Assembly (NCBI GenBank): GCA_002269645.1
Contig: NIVC01004529.1
Coordinates: 1-43,219, forward strand
Direction: 5' to 3'
Source: Macrostomum lignano
Lineage: Eukaryota
DNA length: 43,219 bases
The notes under the pieces were generated by a model. The model ran no database searches and was not told where the DNA came from. It saw only the letters and a program-made list of their open reading frames with translations. The translations under genes were made by a program, and so were the position numbers. Positions 36,301 to 43,219 of this stretch are shown here, in pieces. Position 1 is the first letter of the stretch. Each line of letters starts with the position of its first letter.

Positions 36301-39300
36301 GAGCCGTACAACGAGCTTCCCCACCCGAGTCCGGTAAATATTACAGAGTATTACGTGCACACACCAGCCCTGAATACCAAGCCATACTAGTCTATCTGCA
36401 GTGCTCCCAGAGGGAAGGGATGGTCAGGAGTTACACACCAAGAATGCATTCATACAAAGAGTACACAACTCGAGCCCAGACACCAAGTCACAGTCTACTT
36501 ACAGTAGAGATGGTAGATTAATAGCAAGATTATATTACAATTAGACCTCTCTAGCACATGAGGAGTGAAATTCAATAATAATTGAATTCAATAATAATAC
36601 AACATTTAGACGTAGTAATTTAATTACAAAATACCACTAACACTGAGCCAACGAATTGTAGGTTACAAAGGAGTTGCCACTCATATGGAAAGCCAGTATA
36701 ATGCAGGTGTGTATTATTAAAACATAGACAAAAACGATGCAGACGTATATACACACTATTGATTTTGTACATGTACATTTCGGCATATTACCACACATCG
36801 CGGGCACATATTATATATCGGGGGATAGGTTAAAATACACACATCGTAGATGTAGAAGCAGACACAATGCAGGAAAATTATGATACGAGTGTACATATTA
36901 GTGCGTAAAAGTATCATATTATGACACCCTGTAGCACATATTGACATAATGCAGGGGAAAATATTGACAGAAATAGTACACAATTGTAGAGGTAACAACC
37001 AGCCAACTAGTAAGGGCATCCAGCACTTGTTCAGGTTTTTTTTATTTCGAGACGAGTGTCATGCCCCCGCAAGAGATCTTATCAGAAATTTGTTGAACTC
37101 CACTGCAACTCTCCCCAGAGCCTCCAAATGGGAGTTTTAACACTTGAGGGGATCCCGCTCAATGTACAGTGCGGACGGAGAGGGGTAACAGAAAGCGCTG
37201 CATCAGACCGCGGAGCTGCATTCCTCCCCGAGGTAGGCGCGTCAGCTCCCACTCCTCATTTAACCATCAAGTAAACTAAAGAAGTCAAGCAGAAAGCCTT
37301 ACAATCACCCGCAACCAGCACAAGTAAGAGTACTTTCCACTAGAGAGCCATAGTGCAAGATTCGCGAGCCAAGTTGAAGAAGCACACCAAATTACACTAA
37401 AGACATATGTATTAAAAAGCATACCGGCACCTCTACAAAAACACAGTATGTACCGATTAAAGTTGCTTTTGGTGCAGTGTATTTAATAAAAAGCAGGTAC
37501 CTAACACAAAAGTAGGCATCAATGCAGTGCACGGGCTAAACTGTATTTACAAACGCAGGGCAACGAACTACACACAATGTAGCGCATAGACATAATTGTA
37601 CACATAAATGTACGCAATTTCCGGTATATAGGACCAAATGTACGCAAATGTACACAATGTACACAAACACACACACACTCAGGCGTATTCACAGCAAGAG
37701 CTTCCTGCCGATGGCGCCATCGCCTGCGGCGATCGGTGCTGCAGGATGCGCTGCAGGATGCGCCTGAGTGTGTGTGTGTTTGTGTGCATTGTGTACATTT
37801 GCGTACATTTGGTCCTATATACCGGAGATTGCGTACATTTATGTGTACAATTATGTCTATGCGCTACATTGTGTGTAGTTCGTTGCCCTGCGTTTGTAAA
37901 TACAGTTTAGCCCGTGCACTGCATTGATGCCTACTTTTGTGTTAGGTACCTGCTTTTTATTAAATACACTGCACCAAAAGCAACTTTAATCGGTACATAC
38001 TGTGTTTTTGTAGAGGTGCCGGTATGCTTTTTAATACATATGTCTTTAGTGTAATTTGGTGTGCTTCTTCAACTTGGCTCGCGAATCTTGCACTATGGCT
38101 CTCTAGTGGAAAGTACTCTTACTTGTGCTGGTTGCGGGTGATTGTAAGGCTTTCTGCTTGACTTCTTTAGTTTACTTGATGGTTAAATGAGGAGTGGGAG
38201 CTGACGCGCCTACCTCGGGGGAGGAATGCAGCTCCGCGGTCTGATGCAGCGCTTTCTGTTACCCCTCTCCGTCCGCACTGTACATTGAGCGGGATCCCCT
38301 CAAGTGTTAAAACTCCCATTTGGAGGCTCTGGGGAGAGTTGCAGTGGAGTTCAACAAATTTCTGATAAGATCTCTTGCGGGGGCATGACACTCGTCTCGA
38401 AATAAAAAAAACCTGAACAAGTGCTGGATGCCCTTACTAGTTGGCTGGTTGTTACCTCTACAATTGTGTACTATTTCTGTCAATATTTTCCCCTGCATTA
38501 TGTCAATATGTGCTACAGGGTGTCATAATATGATACTTTTACGCACTAATATGTACACTCGTATCATAATTTTCCTGCATTGTGTCTGCTTCTACATCTA
38601 CGATGTGTGTATTTTAACCTATCCCCGATATATAATATGTGCCCGCGATGTGTGGTAATATGCCGAAATGTACATGTACAAAATCAATAGTGTGTATATA
38701 CGTCTGCATCGTTTTTGTCTATGTTTTAATAATACACACCTGCATTATACTGGCTTTCCATATGAGTGGCAACTCCTTTGTAACCTACAATTCGTTGGCT
38801 CAGTGTTAGTGGTATTTTGTAATTAAATTACTACGTCTAAATGTTGTATTATTATTGAATTCAATTATTATTGAATTTCACTCCTCATGTGCTAGAGAGG
38901 TCTAATTGTAATATAATCTTGCTATTAATCTACCATCTCTACTGTAAGTAGACTGTGACTTGGTGTCTGGGCTCGAGTTGTGTACTCTTTGTATGAATGC
39001 ATTCTTGGTGTGTAACTCCTGACCATCCCTTCCCTCTGGGAGCACTGCAGTAGACTAGTATGGCTTGGTATTCAGGGCTGGTGTGTGCACGTAATACTCT
39101 GTAATATTTACCGGACTCGGGTGGGGAAGCTCGTTGTACGGCTCTCTCCGTGGGGTGTGATTCACCGCCTCTCTGTCCCGCGCCTCCTGCCAGGGGAGCT
39201 CTCTCCGCGGGGGTGACTTACACACTGCCTCTGTCCCGCGCGCGTGCTGCGACATGCCGGGTAGCGTCCTCTATCTCCTACTGCCTCCACGCACTCTCTG

Positions 39301-42130
39301 TCCCCCTCCTGCTACAGGGGGCTGGTTGCTCGCTGTACAGGGCAGCGTCAGCATCTGGGTTTCCTTCCTGCACCGTCTACCCCACCACTATACTGACTAA
39401 CCGCATGCACACGACATTGGTGGGAGGGGTGGAGTTCCCCACTGACGGGTGTACACCTACTCGACGCTGAAGGTACACTTGCTGAACGCCCACCCTGTCA
39501 GATGTACACTTGCTGAACACCCATCCTGTCAGATGTACACTCGCTGGACGCCCACCCTGCCGGGTGTACACCCCGCCGTCCCTTCCCTCCAGGAGCACTG
39601 CAAGTAGACTAGTATGGCTTGGTATTCGGAGTTGGCGTGTGTACGTAATATACTCTTTGTAATATTTACTTGACCTGGGTTTGTAAGTTCTAATAACATA
39701 TAAATGACTACTGCTGACTAGTTGACGCATCTGGATGGTGTGATAAAAACTAGTAACGTACCGTGATTTCGAGAGAAATCCTAGCACAATACTGTTCTGT
39801 CCGGCATGTGGAAAAGTATTTGCCCCGCCTTCGCTTACTCATACTGCACACAGACAAAGCTTATCTCTATTAGCAATCTGTTCGTGGTGGTTTAGAAGGA
39901 TACTGTCTTCCTGTATATAGCTCTCTATCCCTTCATCACTCGTAATAACTTCATAAATGCTCGCTTGACCAATGGCTGGTACTGAACTAATAATTCATAC
40001 GATACATAATGGTTAATACTTTCTAACTCCGTACAGCTCACAAGTTTCTACTCTCTACCTTATCAGTAACATTAAAATAAAAAGGTAAAATTTGCTGGTT
40101 TTGTGCCTTGTTTGCTTACTTTTCTATTAAAATACTTGCGGTTTATAATTGAAAATGTCTGCTTTTTATTCAATTTTATGTGGTTTGAAGGTTTATTTTT
40201 GCTAAAATGCCTGGTTTCTTATAAAAATTTCTACTCTCGACAATGATTGTGTCAGCTATTTCATTAAAATAACCTACTTTTTGAATAAAACGTTGTATTT
40301 AAGCCCCTAGTTTTTTCAAAACATAATTGAAACAGCTTACATAGAGCATGCAGACCCCGAAACCCCTCTAGTGTGCCCTGATTTCAGCGGTCTGACGGTT
40401 AAGATCTGTATTTTTACACTATATTTTCCTTCATACAGCAATACAGGAGGGTATGGAAGAGTGAGTCTGGCGGGAGAGGGGGCTTGTGGGGTGATGAGGA
40501 TGCGTACACACAGTTTAGCCTGTTTTAGCCTACCTTTTGGGCTAATATACTTACTATTATTACTACCATTATACCTACTATGTACATACTATTATACTAC
40601 CCGCTATTAAATATGCTGCACTAAAACCAACTTTTGAAAATACATAGCGTGTTTTGGTCTATTCTCCCTCACGTCTCTGTCCCTACACGTGCTCTGCCCG
40701 CTTTGGTCTCTGTTTGTGTACCTCTCTGTAACGTCTCTGTACGCTCAGACTGGTTTCTCCGTCCCCGCACGCGCCTCTACTAAAGTTTGCTGTTACCTAC
40801 CCCTACACACTGCTCTCTGTCTCCCTCCGCGCACACCTCACTGCCCTTGCATGTAATTTGCATGCCTTGCATGCCCTGTCCTGCCCTCGCGTGGTCCCTG
40901 CCTATACATAGCTACCGGACCCTACCTCTCTCTGTGCCTTGCTCGCAACTCTGTCCCAGGCCCCCCTTCATACTTCTCTGTCCCAGGCCCCCTTCATACT
41001 TCTCTGTCCCGGGCTGTAACTGGCTGACACGCGCCTCTCTGTTCCCCAGCCTGCGTGGCTGCCTACCCTGCACACTGCTCTCTGTCCCCCTCCGCGCCTC
41101 TCTATCATCCTATTCCTGCAGCTGACCGTGCCGTTCAGCTCTGTCCACGCACGGCTCCACCCCTGCCCGTGTCTCACTGTACACTGCTCCCTGCTGCATG
41201 GCTCCCTTACCCTGCGCGTTTGCTTCCTATCTCCCTCCTGCTCCATATGTTTCTGTTCCCTCACACTACGCACACGTGGCTGGCTCTCTGTCCAAACACA
41301 TCTCTGCTCCTCCACTCTATCCTCGCGTGGCCCCTTGACGGTTCGCATGCCCCTGCATACCCTGCCTGCCTCTCTGTCCCCTGCAACTGGGGAGGGAGCT
41401 CTCTATCCTCTGTATGGCTTTCTCTGTGGGGTGTGTGTGACTCACACTACCTCTCTGTCCTAGCATGCGCCTCTCTATCCGGCTCCTGCAGCAGGCTGTG
41501 TTATTCACATCTCTTTCCACCCACCCTCTGCCCGTACACGCTCAGTGTACAGGGCTGCGTCAGCATCGGGGTTAAAACTTCTCGCTCCCTATGCTTCAAC
41601 AGTATAACAACCTAGTGGCTGGTTCTCTGTCCGCCCCACCCCTCTCTGCCCGTACACTCTCACTGTACAGGGCTGCGTCAGCGTTAGGGTTGAAACTTCT
41701 CGCTCCCTATACCCCACAACCGTGTAGTGTCCTAGTATGGGCGCGACCTGGGTTCGATTTCGCTAGTTGAGATGTAGGTGAGAGAGGGGAAGAGGCCCGT
41801 ATCGATGACTACATATCGGTGTACACACATATCGGGAGAGTGTACACTCGGGGTGCCTGCGGCATGGGCGCCTGCTGCATGGGCGCCTGCGGCTCGGAGG
41901 GTGCGCTTGGGATCTGATTGATTTGGGATCTGATTGATTTGGGATCTGATTGATTTATTGGGATCTAATATCGGTAGGTGCGCCTGCGGCTGGGGAGGGT
42001 CGCGGGTTCGAGTCGCCGATATCGATACGGGTATCGATCACCTAGTGATCGGGGCGCCAGCCAATGAGAGGCGAGGAGGGTTGACACCCACCCACCTCCA
42101 AAATCGCGCCTTACGGAATCCCTTAGTAGT
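33312..42130. mobile_element. 8.8-kb foldback (palindromic) non-autonomous element with target-site duplication
   Basis: Left arm 33312-37685 is the reverse complement of right arm 37761-42130, with a 75-bp spacer. GGGAAC lies at 33306-33311 and 42131-42136. Termini are ACTACTAAGGGATTCC...GGAATCCCTTAGTAGT. No recognisable protein is encoded. Confidence 0.85.
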
Positions 42131-43219
42131 GGGAACTGCTGCTCCCTTAGACTGGCCCCCGCTGTGAACCCCGCCTTTCAATGCTTGTTGCAGTACAATG
42201 CTTTTTTGTTTTCCCCTTAATTTGTTTCAAGCTCAGACAATTTTCACTATACCTGCTACCGACTGATTCCTGCAGGGCAACCTGCTTGACAAGAGTCACA
42301 GACAAATGCGAATTACGGATGAAAAATCTTTTTTAAGATTAAAATTTATTGTTTTTGTGTTTGTTTCTTAAATTTCCATGAACTTTGGGGTCCAACCCCT
42401 GTAAATGAGTGTATATGCTTGACAAGGACTTTTACTAGTTTAAATCTGCCTCGGGACGCTTTTATTCAACCCTTCACGTTTCCATTGGCAACAAAAGTTT
42501 CTGGATAAAATTCCTTCTCACACGCTGATCAAACAGTGCTTGCCGTGGAGAAGCCTATCTATCTGCTGGTACGTCGGCTGATCGAAGCCCAGTCAAGCAG
42601 GACAGCAATAAGACCCTGTCACAGCCCATGCAGTCTGAATCCGGTCGATTGTTTAATCAGTTTGAACCTATATGGAACAGTTGCAGTTGTAATTGCAATT
42701 GGCAAACGTGAGAGTCATTTCTAAGAAAATCGAGTCTAACGTCCTTCTATTTCAGCAGTTGAAAGACGCAATTTTTGCTTTCATATTCCATCTTTATCGA
42801 GAATGGAAGTTTTAAATTTTTGGCACTAAATTAACAATTTCTTACCGATTGTGGACTTAAAATTTGCAAAGTATTTCGATAAAAGCTAAATTTGAAAGTT
42901 GACCAATTTAAATTTGAAAATGCATCGATTGAAGATTGGAAACTGTGAGTGTTTTTTTTTCCTGTGTTTATATGTTTCTCATCACGGATTTTTCGTCACT
43001 TTTACATCAGTTATGCGATTTGATTGCTCACTTGATGGCAGTGTGAACAAGTCCTCAGTGTTGTTATCCAATGAATGCTGTAATCATGTAGGAATTACTG
43101 AGAGGTCAAGGCTCATGGGGGTTTCTGAAATGCTGTGACTCATGTGGGTTAAAAGTTACATGCAGTTTATTCAAAAAATTTTACTCCTCTGTTTGTTGCC
43201 TCCCCAGCGGGGGGGGGCA

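Noticed and set aside
33829-41615. ORFs in the palindrome arms (e.g. 33829-34509, 35657-36067, 37056-37274 and their mirror copies)
   Set aside because: Low-complexity or unpatterned translations with no catalytic motifs or codon bias like the real genes; some are broken by indels in the other arm.
33312-42130. Palindrome as a pure assembly or amplification artefact
   Set aside because: Foldback chimeras would not give different flanks joined by a matching TSD or transition differences between arms. Judged unlikely, but not excluded without reads.

Overview
Eukaryotic (invertebrate animal) genomic DNA with GC-rich exons in an AT-rich, repeat-dense background. The style suggests a lophotrochozoan such as a macrostomid flatworm, but that is inference only. 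Genes: the first two coding exons of an EI24-like gene running off the left edge (-); a single-exon secreted AMOP-domain (isthmin-like) protein (-); an achatin-like neuropeptide precursor with 10x GFIN, SFIN and GFFD (+); a 9-exon, ~929-aa ankyrin-repeat gene built from a duplicated module (-); and a small secreted orphan with two CX3C motifs (+). Mobile DNA: a decayed P-element-type transposase, five hAT-type MITEs with 8-bp TSDs, a CMC/EnSpm-like element with a BEN-like relic, a deleted mariner, and a CORE-SINE. There are also many tandem repeats. The most unusual feature is an 8.8-kb, apparently non-coding, near-perfect palindrome (33312-42130; ~4.37-kb arms, 75-bp spacer) flanked by a target-site duplication. 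The same CCGAT-hairpin-ATCG-hairpin-CGAT-CGG 'rabbit-ear' architecture occurs at its apex and about 80 bp inside each end.
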